Shown piece after piece: positions 26,327 to 35,068 of a stretch of 64,000 nt of DNA (its first letter is position 1; every line of letters begins with the position of its first letter). The notes beneath the pieces were generated by a model. It had not been told where the DNA came from, did no database searches, and saw nothing but the letters and a program-made list of their open reading frames with translations. Both the position numbers and the translations under genes were made by a program. Source of the DNA: an uncultured Clostridia bacterium (GTDB taxonomy: Bacteria; Bacillota; Clostridia; Christensenellales; CAG-917); contig CALVTS010000001.1 in NCBI GenBank assembly GCA_944363035.1, positions 691-64,690 of the forward strand. Direction: 5' to 3'.

Positions 26327-27346
26327 TCACTCCTTTTCGGATGTGTCTTTCGCACTTCCGCTCCGCGCGTCTTCTTCGCGGGCTCTCTTTTCCGCTTCCG
26401 CGCGCGCCGCCGCGTCGTACGCCCGTATTATACGGCTGACGAGTTCGTGGCGCACCACGTCGCAATATTCCAGCCTCACCACCGCGATGTCCTTGACTCC
26501 TTTCAGGACTCTCTCTGCATGAGTGAGCCCGCTTATCACGTTGTGAGGGAGGTCGATTTGGGTGTCGTCCCCCGTCACCACCATCTTGCTCCCCTCCCCG
26601 AGACGGGTGAGGAACATCTTCATCTGCTCTTTGGTGGTGTTCTGCGCCTCGTCGAGGATGATGAAACTGCGGTTGAGAGTCCTGCCGCGCATATACGCGA
26701 GAGGCGCTATCTCCACCAAACCTCTCTCAATGTTTTTGAGATAGCTCTCCGCGCCTCCCATCAGTTCCTCGAGAGCGTCGTAAAGAGGACGGAGATAGGG
26801 GTCCACCTTGTCCGCGAGATCGCCGGGGAGAAAGCCTAGTTTCTCCCCCGCCTCCACGGCGGGACGGGTGAGGATGATCTTGTCCACTTCGCGGTTTTTG
26901 AGGGCGTCCACCGCGAGCGCCACCGCAAGATAGGTCTTGCCCGTGCCCGCAGGCCCTATCCCGAAAGTCACGGGGTTTTGGCGTATCGCGTCGCAATACA
27001 GCTTTTGCCCTATGCTCTTGGGATACACCGTCTTCCCCCTGCCCACCGTGACGGAGGACATCAGGTCTTTGACGCCGTGAGCCTTTCCCCTGCGCACCAT
27101 GTCCACGACTGCGGAGATCTGCTGTCTGCCGAGGGGCTCCTTGCGGGTGAGCGCGATGAGCGCGTCTATCGCCTCCGCCGCGCTCTCGACATCCCCCTTT
27201 TCGCCCGTTATCTTCAAGGATTCCGCCCCCGTGAACACGGTCACGCCGAACTCCTCTTCCAACAAACGCACATTTTCGTCCAAACCGCCGAAGAGCTGTT
27301 GGAACGCCGCATAATCATCTATCTTCTTCTCTTTTGAGATTTTCAT
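26327..27346 (-). CDS. phoH: PhoH-family ATPase
   Basis: Walker A GPAGTGKTYLAVA and the motif ILDEAQN are present. The start MKISKEK at 27346 overlaps the yqfD stop. Confidence 0.9.
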   Translation of the reverse strand: MKISKEKKIDDYAAFQQLFGGLDENVRLLEEEFGVTVFTGAESLKITGEKGDVESAAEAIDALIALTRKEPLGRQQISAVVDMVRRGKAHGVKDLMSSVTVGRGKTVYPKSIGQKLYCDAIRQNPVTFGIGPAGTGKTYLAVALAVDALKNREVDKIILTRPAVEAGEKLGFLPGDLADKVDPYLRPLYDALEELMGGAESYLKNIERGLVEIAPLAYMRGRTLNRSFIILDEAQNTTKEQMKMFLTRLGEGSKMVVTGDDTQIDLPHNVISGLTHAERVLKGVKDIAVVRLEYCDVVRHELVSRIIRAYDAAARAEAEKRAREEDARSGSAKDTSEKE

Positions 27347-28497
27347 CCGCTTATCCTTTCTTCCGTCTGCGCCTTGAGCTCGACATAGACTCCGCCCTCC
27401 CCTCTTGTGCACTTGGTCTCAAGTGAGAGTATCTCGGCGTCCGAGGGCAGTCCCGCAAGGAAGCTCCCCTCCGTCTCTCCCGCCATCTCCTCCTCGGAAA
27501 GCGCGTTCGCTCTCTCGACATATGAGACTTCGCGGAAGACGTAGGTGTACAGCTCGTAGCCCAGCAAAAACTCATTCCTGCTCACGCTCACTTCGAGGAT
27601 GTGATCCTCAAAAGGGCTCTCGGGCGGGACGGGCGCGTCCCCGTTGAAGGACAGCCTGGCCTCGCGGTGCACCCTGCCGTATTCCCGCACTATCTCTGTG
27701 TCCGGGAAAAACCGCGTCACGGTGCGGGAGACCAGCCCGAAGACCTCCCCGTCCGCAGGACAGGGCACCTTCTCCTCCCCCGACATGACGTATGCGCCGA
27801 TGAGCACGTCCCCGGGCTTCACCACGTCGCCGTAGCTCACCTCGGCGGTGCCCGACCTCACCACGACCCTAGTGACGGACGAGGCGACGGACGCCTTGAC
27901 CTCTCCCGACGGGATGTCCACAAAACCCGGACCCTCCCTTTCTGCGTGCACGTCCACGTATACGCGCGTGCCCTGCTTGGTCACCGAAGCGAACGCCACT
28001 CCGTCCAACGCGAGCAATCTGCGTTCCAGCTCTCCGCCGTCGAACGCGGGCAGGAAAGCCCATTCGCGCACCCCGCTCTCCTCCACCGCCCTGCGGACGG
28101 AGGGTATCTCGTCCCCGGAATACTCCACCTCGATGACGAACATCGGGTAAAGGATAAGGAGCGCGAGGGAGAGCAATGCGCCCAAAACCACTCCCGCGCG
28201 CCCGAGTGCGCGCACAAAAAAGAGAGCTATCCCTCTTTCTTTTATTATTTTATAATTGTAGCATAAGCATTCGCAGATTGCAACAACCTTTGCCGCGTCG
28301 CGGGAGGGCACCGAAAACCTCGGTCCCTTCCCTCCCCTTTCCGAACGCACATCCGTCTCCCTGCCTATCCGCGTGAGCAACCTCCCGAGATTGAGCCGCT
28401 CCGTCTCGAACACGGTGCGGGAAAAGGGTATGCGGGCTCGAAGCGCGCCGCTTTTTCTTTCGGCGCTTCCGTTTTTCTCTTTCCGTCTAGCCGTCAA
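27343..28497 (-). CDS. yqfD: Sporulation protein YqfD
   Basis: The size, a single central TM helix (AGVVLGALLSLALLILYPMFVI) and the position between yqfC and phoH all fit. The start is uncertain: the track start at 28497 is a TTG. Confidence 0.7.
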   Translation of the reverse strand: MTARRKEKNGSAERKSGALRARIPFSRTVFETERLNLGRLLTRIGRETDVRSERGGKGPRFSVPSRDAAKVVAICECLCYNYKIIKERGIALFFVRALGRAGVVLGALLSLALLILYPMFVIEVEYSGDEIPSVRRAVEESGVREWAFLPAFDGGELERRLLALDGVAFASVTKQGTRVYVDVHAEREGPGFVDIPSGEVKASVASSVTRVVVRSGTAEVSYGDVVKPGDVLIGAYVMSGEEKVPCPADGEVFGLVSRTVTRFFPDTEIVREYGRVHREARLSFNGDAPVPPESPFEDHILEVSVSRNEFLLGYELYTYVFREVSYVERANALSEEEMAGETEGSFLAGLPSDAEILSLETKCTRGEGGVYVELKAQTEERISG

Positions 28498-28762
28498 ACG
28501 TCACCTCGCTCACCTTGCCTTTGAGCAACACATCCCCTCCGCCTATCTCGGCGACCTCCAGTCCTTCGCCCTTGACAAGAAGAAAATTTTTTCGCAATCC
28601 GACTTTTATCTCATCGGATGAGATATATAAAATCTCTTTTACGCCGCTTATCGAGACCCCCGCCCTTCCGAGCAAAGTTATGACGAAAGGAAGAAAAGGC
28701 TCCTCGAGTTTCAGCTTTGACAACGCCTCGTCAGGAAACATACTAAATCTTATGCCCGTCAC
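28487..28762 (-). CDS. yqfC: Sporulation protein YqfC
   Basis: 91 aa. The motifs SISGVKEILYISSDEIKV and LLVKGEGLEVAEI match the YqfC family, and the synteny fits. Confidence 0.75.
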   Translation of the reverse strand: MTGIRFSMFPDEALSKLKLEEPFLPFVITLLGRAGVSISGVKEILYISSDEIKVGLRKNFLLVKGEGLEVAEIGGGDVLLKGKVSEVTFDG

Positions 28763-28776
28763 GAAAAATTATTTTG

Positions 28777-28862
28777 TGCCGGACCGGAATAATACGAACC
28801 AGCCTCAGAACAATTCTTTTCGGCGCTTTTGCGCGGGCGACACATAGACGATAGTAGACATA
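28777..28862 (-). mobile_element. MITE arm fragment fused to a separate core-bearing hairpin module
   Basis: tgccggaccggaataatacgaaccagcctcagaacaattcttttcggcgcttttgcg is followed by ...atagtagacatattggcaa (the core variant, which runs on to 28869). Confidence 0.6.
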
Positions 28863-29353
28863 TTGGCAAATCGCCGCCGTCGCGGAAATATACGAACCCT
28901 TTTTTATAAGCGTCAGAAAAGGCAAGCGTCCGAGGGGGTAAAGCGCGCCCGAGAGCAAGAGATTTTTGTTCGAGTTGCGGACGGCGGAGTCTCAAATCGG
29001 TGCAGAGATATTGGCATACTGCCGCCGCGAACATATATGAACCCTTTTTTTATAAGTGTCAGAAAGGCAAGCGCCCGGGAGGGTAAAGCACGCCCGAGAG
29101 CAAGAGATTTTCGGATGATGTTGCACGGGCGGAGGGTCGAATCGGCGCAGGGATATTACATACCGCCGCCGCGAACATATATGAACCCTCTTTTTATAAG
29201 TGTCATAAAGGCAAGCGCCCGAGAGGGTAAAGCGCGCCCGAGAGCAAGAGATTTTGTTCGAGTTGCGGACGGCGGAGGGTCGAATCGGCGCAGGGATATT
29301 ACATACCGCCGCCGAGGATATATACGAATCCCTTTTTATAACTGTCAGAAAAG
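28863..29353. repeat. Tandem array of a ~144-bp unit (about 3.4 copies, periods 148/144/143 bp)
   Basis: The reference word ccgccg(c/t)(c)g..atat(a/g)(t/c)gaaccc occurs at 28874, 29022, 29166 and 29309. Units alternate between two internal variants, gttcgagttgcggacggcgga and cggatgatgttgcacgggcgga. Confidence 0.85.
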
Positions 29354-29518
29354 GCAAGCGCCCGGGAGGGTAAAAATACGCCCGAGAGCAAGAGATTTTC
29401 GGATGATTTCGGAGGATAGCTCCGCCGCTAATAGTATACATATTAGCAAGGAGCTATCCTTTGAAAGCGCCGAAAAGAATTGCTCTCGGGCGTGTTTGTT
29501 ACCCTCTCGGGCGCTTGC
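29354..29518. repeat. 165-bp near-perfect long hairpin with the 21-nt core at its apex, starting 2 nt after the dnaB stop
   Basis: The left arm gcaagcgcccgggagggtaaaaatacgcccgagagcaa pairs with the right arm ttgctctcgggcgtgtttgttaccctctcgggcgcttgc. The inner stem is ggatagctcc/ggagctatcc. The apex aatagtatacatattagcaag lies at 29430-29450. On the minus strand the hairpin is followed by ttttctg. Confidence 0.85.
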
Positions 29519-29520
29519 TC

Positions 29521-31194
29521 CTAAAAAGGTAGGTCTCCCTCTTCCGGCGCCTCGTCCTCGAAAGCGTCGTCGTAGTCGTCCACGAATTCGTCTTCTTCGT
29601 CCTCTTCCTCCTCTTCGGGCTCGGAGGGGGAGGCGGAATATTCCTCGTCGGAGAGTTGCTCTGAGGCTTGGGTGAGACCGTCGTCGAGGTCGAAGGGCGG
29701 GACGTCCTCTGCCGCTTCGGCAAAGGGGAGCAAGCCGTTGTCCGTCTCGGGGATGTCTACAAATTCCTCCTCGTCCTCTGCGGAGGGCGCCTTTTCCTCG
29801 GGAGGGGCGCTTTGCTCATGATGAGGCGCGGGCGCGGGGCTCTCCCCCGCTCCGCCGTGGACGCACTCGCGGAATGTGGTGGTCTCGCCCTCCCATTGCA
29901 GATCCACTTCCCCTACGGGACCGTTTCGGTTCTTGCGTATGATGAGCTTGATGAGGTCCTCGGGGACGGCGGGATTGAACTGGCTCTCCTTGTGCAGGAA
30001 CATGACCATATCCGCGTCCTGCTCTATCGCGCCGGATTCTCTGAGGTCGCTGAGCTTGGGGACGTGGTCGTTGCGCTGTTCCACGCCGCGGGACATCTGG
30101 GAAAGCAGGAGAATGGGCACGCCGAGTTCCTTGGCATAAATCTTCATGCTTCTGGACATCTCGCTGACCTCCACCTGTCTGCTCTCGCCCGAACGGCCCG
30201 TACCGCCCGCCGTCATGAGTTGGAGATAGTCGATGATGACAAGATCCAGCCCCTGATCGCGTTTGAGCCTGCGGCACTTCGAGAGCACGTCGGAGGGAGA
30301 GTTCATGGAATAGTCGTCGATGTAAAGATTCGCGCCCAAAAGGCGGCGATAGGCGTCATACAGCTTGCCCGTGCCGGCGTTGGACAGCCCTCCCGTGGAG
30401 TCCATCGCAGAGAGGGAACACCCCGAAACGTGCGCGAGCATACGCTTCACCAGAAGTTGCGCGGGCATTTCCAGCGAAAATACCGCCACCGTCTTGTTGT
30501 GTTTCAGGCAGGCGTTTGCGGCTATGTTGAGCGCGAACGCCGTCTTGCCAACAGAGGGACGTGCGGCGACCAGGATGAGTTCGCCCGGTTTCAGACCGTG
30601 GGACATCCTGTCCAGAGAGGGGAAATCGGTGTACACGGCGTCGTTGGTGACCACGCCCGCCTGTACGTCCTGGATGCTCTTCATCGCCTCGCCGAGGGCT
30701 TCGCCCGCGTGCACGAGATCCTTCTCGCTGAGGTCCTCCGAGATGGAGTACACCTCCCTTTCCGCATTGAGGAGGGCGTCCGTACCGCTCACCGACTTAT
30801 ATCCCTCTTTCGCGATATTGTTGCCCGCCGTGATGACGCGGCGTATCAGAGAATCGCGCTTTACTATGTCCGCATAGTTGTCCGCGCCCGCAGAGGAAGG
30901 GATACACTCGGCAAGGGAGGTGAGATAATCTATGCCGCCCACGTCGTCCAGCTTGCCTTCCAGCATGAGCCTGTCTGCCACCGACACCGTGTCCACCACC
31001 GAAGAGGCGTCCAGAAGCGCGCGCATGGCGGCGAATACCGTGCGGTTCGCGGTGACGTAAAAGTCCTCGGCGCGCAGGGTGGGGATGAGCTGATCCGCAG
31101 TGCGGTTGTCAATGAGGATGGAGCCGAGCAATGCTTGCTCCGCCTCTGTGTTGTGCGGCATGACGCGATAGATCTCTTTGGGTTTCTCCGGCAT
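29521..31194 (-). CDS. dnaB: Replicative DNA helicase DnaB with a ~105-aa acidic C-terminal extension ending in DLPF
   Basis: PHNTEAEQALLGSILIDN, Walker A ARPSVGKTAFALN and RNGPVGEVDLQWEGETTTF are present, followed by HGGAGESPAPAP...EEEEEDEEDEFVDDYDDAFEDEAPEEGDLPF. I moved the start to MPEKPKE at 31194. Confidence 0.9.
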   Translation of the reverse strand: MPEKPKEIYRVMPHNTEAEQALLGSILIDNRTADQLIPTLRAEDFYVTANRTVFAAMRALLDASSVVDTVSVADRLMLEGKLDDVGGIDYLTSLAECIPSSAGADNYADIVKRDSLIRRVITAGNNIAKEGYKSVSGTDALLNAEREVYSISEDLSEKDLVHAGEALGEAMKSIQDVQAGVVTNDAVYTDFPSLDRMSHGLKPGELILVAARPSVGKTAFALNIAANACLKHNKTVAVFSLEMPAQLLVKRMLAHVSGCSLSAMDSTGGLSNAGTGKLYDAYRRLLGANLYIDDYSMNSPSDVLSKCRRLKRDQGLDLVIIDYLQLMTAGGTGRSGESRQVEVSEMSRSMKIYAKELGVPILLLSQMSRGVEQRNDHVPKLSDLRESGAIEQDADMVMFLHKESQFNPAVPEDLIKLIIRKNRNGPVGEVDLQWEGETTTFRECVHGGAGESPAPAPHHEQSAPPEEKAPSAEDEEEFVDIPETDNGLLPFAEAAEDVPPFDLDDGLTQASEQLSDEEYSASPSEPEEEEEDEEDEFVDDYDDAFEDEAPEEGDLPF

Positions 31195-31499
31195 TTCTGG
31201 CTCCTTGTCGCAACGCGCCGAAGGGCGCGCCGTGCGTCCGCGCTCCGTCGCGCGGGCGAGCGTTTGATATATTGTATCATAGGGCGGAAGAATTTTCAAG
31301 TTTTGTCTCGCCGCATCGGGAATATCCCCCGCCGACCGCATTTTCGGCGTCATCTCCCCCGCCCGAAGGGTGCGGCGCGTCCCGTACGCGAAGTCTCCCT
31401 CGCCGAAAACCAACGCTCTCGTCATAAAACAAAGAGCAAAAAAAGAGGCGGCATTCGCCGCCCCGACGTCGATCGTATCCCGAGGATACGGATGGACGT

Positions 31500-33296
31500 T
31501 TACTTCGCGCTCTTTTCAAACTCCTTTTCGAGAGCGGAAAGAGTCTCGGCAAATTCCTTCATCGCGCGCTCGTAAGGCGCGTCCGTCTCGAGGTCCACCT
31601 CTGCGAGGCGCAGGATGTCGAGAGGAGGCAGGCTCCCGCCCGCAGAGAGGAATTTCTTGTATTTCTCGAAATACTCCCCGCCGCGAGAAAGGATGTTGTC
31701 CGCGATGGTGACCGCCGCGGTCAGACCCGTTGCGTACTTGTAGACATAGAACGAGTTGTAAAAATGAGGTATGCGCGCCCATTCGTAGCGTATCTCGTCA
31801 TTGTGCTTCACCGCCCTGCCGTAGTACTTCTTGTTGAGAGCGTAATATATTGTCGAAAGCGCTTCCGCCGTGAGGGGCTCTCCCTTTTCGGCAAGGGAAT
31901 GCGCCTCCGCCTCGAACTCGGCGAACATGGTCTGACGGAAGAGCGTGGTGCGGAACATATCGAGATAGTAGCCGAGAAGATAGGTCCTGACCTTGCCCGT
32001 CGCGCTTTTCAGGAGATACTTCAAAAGGAGCACCTCGTTGACGGTGGAAGCGATCTCGGCGACGAATATCTCATAGCCCGCCTTTTCCTCGGGCTGGGAG
32101 GCGTCGGAATAATAGGAGTGTATCGCGTGACCGAGCTCGTGCGCGATCGTGAACACGTCGTGAGAGGTCTCGGTGTAGTTGAGGAGGACGAAAGGATGCA
32201 CTCCGTAGCACCCCCAGCTGTATGCGCCGCTGCGCTTCCCCCTGTTCTCGTACACGTCGATCCACCCGTCCGCGAAGGCGGAGGCGAGGATGTCGGAATA
32301 TTCCTTACCCAGCACTTTAAGCGCCGATTTGACCGTTTCAACCGCCTTTTCGTACGGCATTGCAAGTTTTGCCTCCTCCACGAGAGGGACGTGCAGGTCG
32401 TACATATTCAGGTCTTTCACCCCCAGCATCCTGCGGCGGAGAGCGATGTAGCGGTGCAGGGATCTTGTGCCTTTGCCTACCGCCTCCAACAGTTTTTTGT
32501 AGCAGGTGGGAGGGACGTTTTCGGCAAACATACTGCGCTCCATGGAGGAAGTGAAACCGCGTATCTTTGCAAAAAACCAGTCCTTTTTGACATTGCCCGC
32601 ATAGTTTGCCGCAAGGGTGTTGATGTGGTCACGGTAGGCGCCGAACATACTTTCGAACGCCGCACGGCGCACCTCCTGCGAGGGGTTTTGAAGGAGAAGG
32701 GAATATGTGCCGTGGCTCATCTCCACCTCCCTGCCCTTGTCGTCTGCGACGGGCGCGAATCTCACATCCGCGTTGTCGAACATGGAAAAGACTTCCTCTG
32801 CGTTGTCAGCGAATATGCCCGCCTCCCTGAGCAGCTTTTCCTCCTTGTCCGAGAGGATGATGGCCTTGTTGCGCAGTATCTCGCCGAGCATCACGGAGTG
32901 ATCGGAAAATCTCTTCTTCACCGCAAGCTCGGTGAGTTTTTCGGCGGGGAACGCCGCAAGTTCGGGAGTGATGAAAGAACTCAGCGAAGACAGCCTCACC
33001 GCAAGAGAATCCGCTCTGTCCGTCATGCCCTGATAGAGGGCGACGCGGGAGTCCTCGTCGCGGCGCATACGCGCGTACTGATACAATTTGCCGAGGTCGT
33101 GAGAAAGAGAGGACGACAGAGCGAGACACTCCGCAAGCGCGACCTCGTCTCCCAGCCTGCCCTTGTATGAGGCGATCCTCCCCATGCGCTCGGAGAGCGC
33201 GAAGAAGCACTCCTCCCACGCGTCGTCCGAGGGGAAGATGTCTTCCAACCTCCACTTGTACTCTTTCGGGATATCCTTTCTGTTTTTGAGTTTCAT
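31500..33296 (-). CDS. pepF: Oligoendopeptidase F (M3B family)
   Basis: 598 aa, with the zinc motif HELGHAIH and M3B-typical length and N-terminus. Confidence 0.88.
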   Translation of the reverse strand: MKLKNRKDIPKEYKWRLEDIFPSDDAWEECFFALSERMGRIASYKGRLGDEVALAECLALSSSLSHDLGKLYQYARMRRDEDSRVALYQGMTDRADSLAVRLSSLSSFITPELAAFPAEKLTELAVKKRFSDHSVMLGEILRNKAIILSDKEEKLLREAGIFADNAEEVFSMFDNADVRFAPVADDKGREVEMSHGTYSLLLQNPSQEVRRAAFESMFGAYRDHINTLAANYAGNVKKDWFFAKIRGFTSSMERSMFAENVPPTCYKKLLEAVGKGTRSLHRYIALRRRMLGVKDLNMYDLHVPLVEEAKLAMPYEKAVETVKSALKVLGKEYSDILASAFADGWIDVYENRGKRSGAYSWGCYGVHPFVLLNYTETSHDVFTIAHELGHAIHSYYSDASQPEEKAGYEIFVAEIASTVNEVLLLKYLLKSATGKVRTYLLGYYLDMFRTTLFRQTMFAEFEAEAHSLAEKGEPLTAEALSTIYYALNKKYYGRAVKHNDEIRYEWARIPHFYNSFYVYKYATGLTAAVTIADNILSRGGEYFEKYKKFLSAGGSLPPLDILRLAEVDLETDAPYERAMKEFAETLSALEKEFEKSAK

Positions 33297-33375
33297 TTCT
33301 GTCTCCTGCCGAAGCGTCGCGTCGGATGCGTTGCGCTTGAAAGCCGCAGAACGCCTCCACGGGATGTTGTTCCCA

Positions 33376-33437
33376 TGCCGAAGCGGAATAATACGAACCG
33401 ACCTCGGAGCAATTCTTTTCGGCGCTTTTGCACAGCC
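33376..33437 (-). mobile_element. MITE arm fragment (one TIR arm, 62 bp)
   Basis: tgccgaagcggaataatacgaaccgacctcggagcaattcttttcggcgcttttgcacagcc. Confidence 0.7.
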
Positions 33438-33448
33438 GCAAATTCAAA

Positions 33449-33474
33449 GCATCTCCGCACGCGTGCGGAGATGC
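33449..33474 (-). terminator. Terminator hairpin after the metallophosphoesterase gene
   Basis: gcatctccgcacgcgtgcggagatgc is a perfect 26-nt palindrome (13-bp arms). tttgaattt follows on the minus strand. Confidence 0.6.
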
Positions 33475-33496
33475 TCTGTCGTGAGTTTACGTTTGC

Positions 33497-35068
33497 TCAT
33501 TCGAATTCGGCAAGCCCTTCGAACTCCTGCCACTCGAGCGCTTTGCCCGCGTCGTCACCCTGATACACCCAGTGACGGGTGGCGAAACCGCCGTCGGCGT
33601 CTATCCTGATCTCCTGACCGCCGCGCTGTTCGATATCGCTCGCGATGCCGACATAGGCGAGATAGTCTATGCTCATGCCGTAGCTCAGCCTGATGGCGCC
33701 CGTCTGAGTGTTGCCGTCCGCGTCGGTATATTCCGCCTTGATGTCGAGCGCGAAAGTGTTGTAGTGGTCGTGTCCGCAGAAGGTGCCCTGTCCGCCGTGC
33801 GCGAGCATGGTCTCGAACATCAGGCAGTTGTTGACGCCGGGGAAGGATTTCTCTCCGCTCTCTCCCGCCTGTCCGTGGACGTAATGCACGTTTTCGGTGT
33901 CCTTGTGCCCGTTGTTCTTATACTCGTCCCAATAGTAGCCGTACTCGGTGAGCGGGATGTGGAAGAAGACGAGGTTCTTGACCTCAATGCCGCCGTTGAG
34001 CTCGGTGAGCTCGTCCATCGCATCGGCGTACCAGTCTATCTGCACCTGATGGATGTTGTCGTACTTCCACGCGATGCCGAAGTAGTCGCCGTCCGTATAG
34101 GAGTGGGAGTCGATGGTGACCAGAGCCTGGGATATCTTGGTGGAATCGACGTTCAGGTCGTAACTCTCTTTGTCGGTTATCTCCACTCCCTCGGCGGTCG
34201 GATGCCTGACCACTATGACGGAGTTGCCCTTGCCGCTGTCGTCGGAGTTGTTGCCGAGCGCGGGACCTTCCAGGAAGAGGCAGTGAGGATATTTCTCCTT
34301 GTTCATATACACCTGCGCAGAGATCTCGTCGCGGTCGTAGAGGCTGTATATCTCGGTGTCATGGTTGCCGAAGGTGATGGTCCAATAAACGCCGAGCTGT
34401 TCCATGAGCGCGGCAAACATCTCTGCCTCGCGCTTGTTGTTGAAAGTGCCCGCCTGGAAGGGCACGGGATAAGCCATATCCCCCGTCACGATGACGAGAT
34501 CAGGCTTTACGCGGTTGACGGTCTCGGTGACGGCTTGGATCGCCCATTTGTCCTTCTCGGCAGAGAACGCGCCCGCGCCGATGTGGATGTCCGTGAGATG
34601 CAACACGCGGAACTCCGTCTTCTCGTCGGGAGCGACAAACTCATAATAGCCCGTTTTGCTGTCATCATAGTCGATGAGGGTGAACGGGGTCTCGTAATCC
34701 ACCGCCTCTATGGTGCCGATATAGTCGAAGTTGCCGGTGTAGCCCACCCAGCTGCACAGCGCGCAAATGGCGAAAAATACGAGCACGAGCCCGCACACCG
34801 TGCCGGTGATGATGAGCGCGCGGATGTTGTAGCGGCGCCTCTGCTCAGGCGTCATGTCTTTCAGGCGCACTCTCTTTTTGCGCTTGGGCGGTTCCACCGA
34901 GTCGAAATATTTCTCCTCGTTCTCGACGGCGTCGGATGTCGTCTCGTCGGCATTTGCCGCGCCTTCCTCAAACGCCTTGTCGTCCGCCGCCCTCTCCTCT
35001 TCGGAGACGGCGTTCTCCTGCGAGCTCTCCTGTCCTATCGGTTTGCTCTTTTCGTCTTCAGGTCTCAT
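33497..35068 (-). CDS. Membrane-anchored calcineurin-like metallophosphoesterase
   Basis: An acidic N-terminus and one TM helix are followed by LHLTDIHIG, TGDMAY, GNHD and GHDH motifs. The start overlaps the CDF stop (ATGA). Confidence 0.8.
   Translation of the reverse strand: MRPEDEKSKPIGQESSQENAVSEEERAADDKAFEEGAANADETTSDAVENEEKYFDSVEPPKRKKRVRLKDMTPEQRRRYNIRALIITGTVCGLVLVFFAICALCSWVGYTGNFDYIGTIEAVDYETPFTLIDYDDSKTGYYEFVAPDEKTEFRVLHLTDIHIGAGAFSAEKDKWAIQAVTETVNRVKPDLVIVTGDMAYPVPFQAGTFNNKREAEMFAALMEQLGVYWTITFGNHDTEIYSLYDRDEISAQVYMNKEKYPHCLFLEGPALGNNSDDSGKGNSVIVVRHPTAEGVEITDKESYDLNVDSTKISQALVTIDSHSYTDGDYFGIAWKYDNIHQVQIDWYADAMDELTELNGGIEVKNLVFFHIPLTEYGYYWDEYKNNGHKDTENVHYVHGQAGESGEKSFPGVNNCLMFETMLAHGGQGTFCGHDHYNTFALDIKAEYTDADGNTQTGAIRLSYGMSIDYLAYVGIASDIEQRGGQEIRIDADGGFATRHWVYQGDDAGKALEWQEFEGLAEFE

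Noticed and set aside
28863-29675. 270-aa plus-strand ORF spanning the 144-bp tandem array and running into dnaB
   Set aside because: It is a periodic translation of the tandem repeat (RTYMNP.FISV.KASAREGKARPRARDF repeated) with a TTG start. It reads antisense into the dnaB 3' end.
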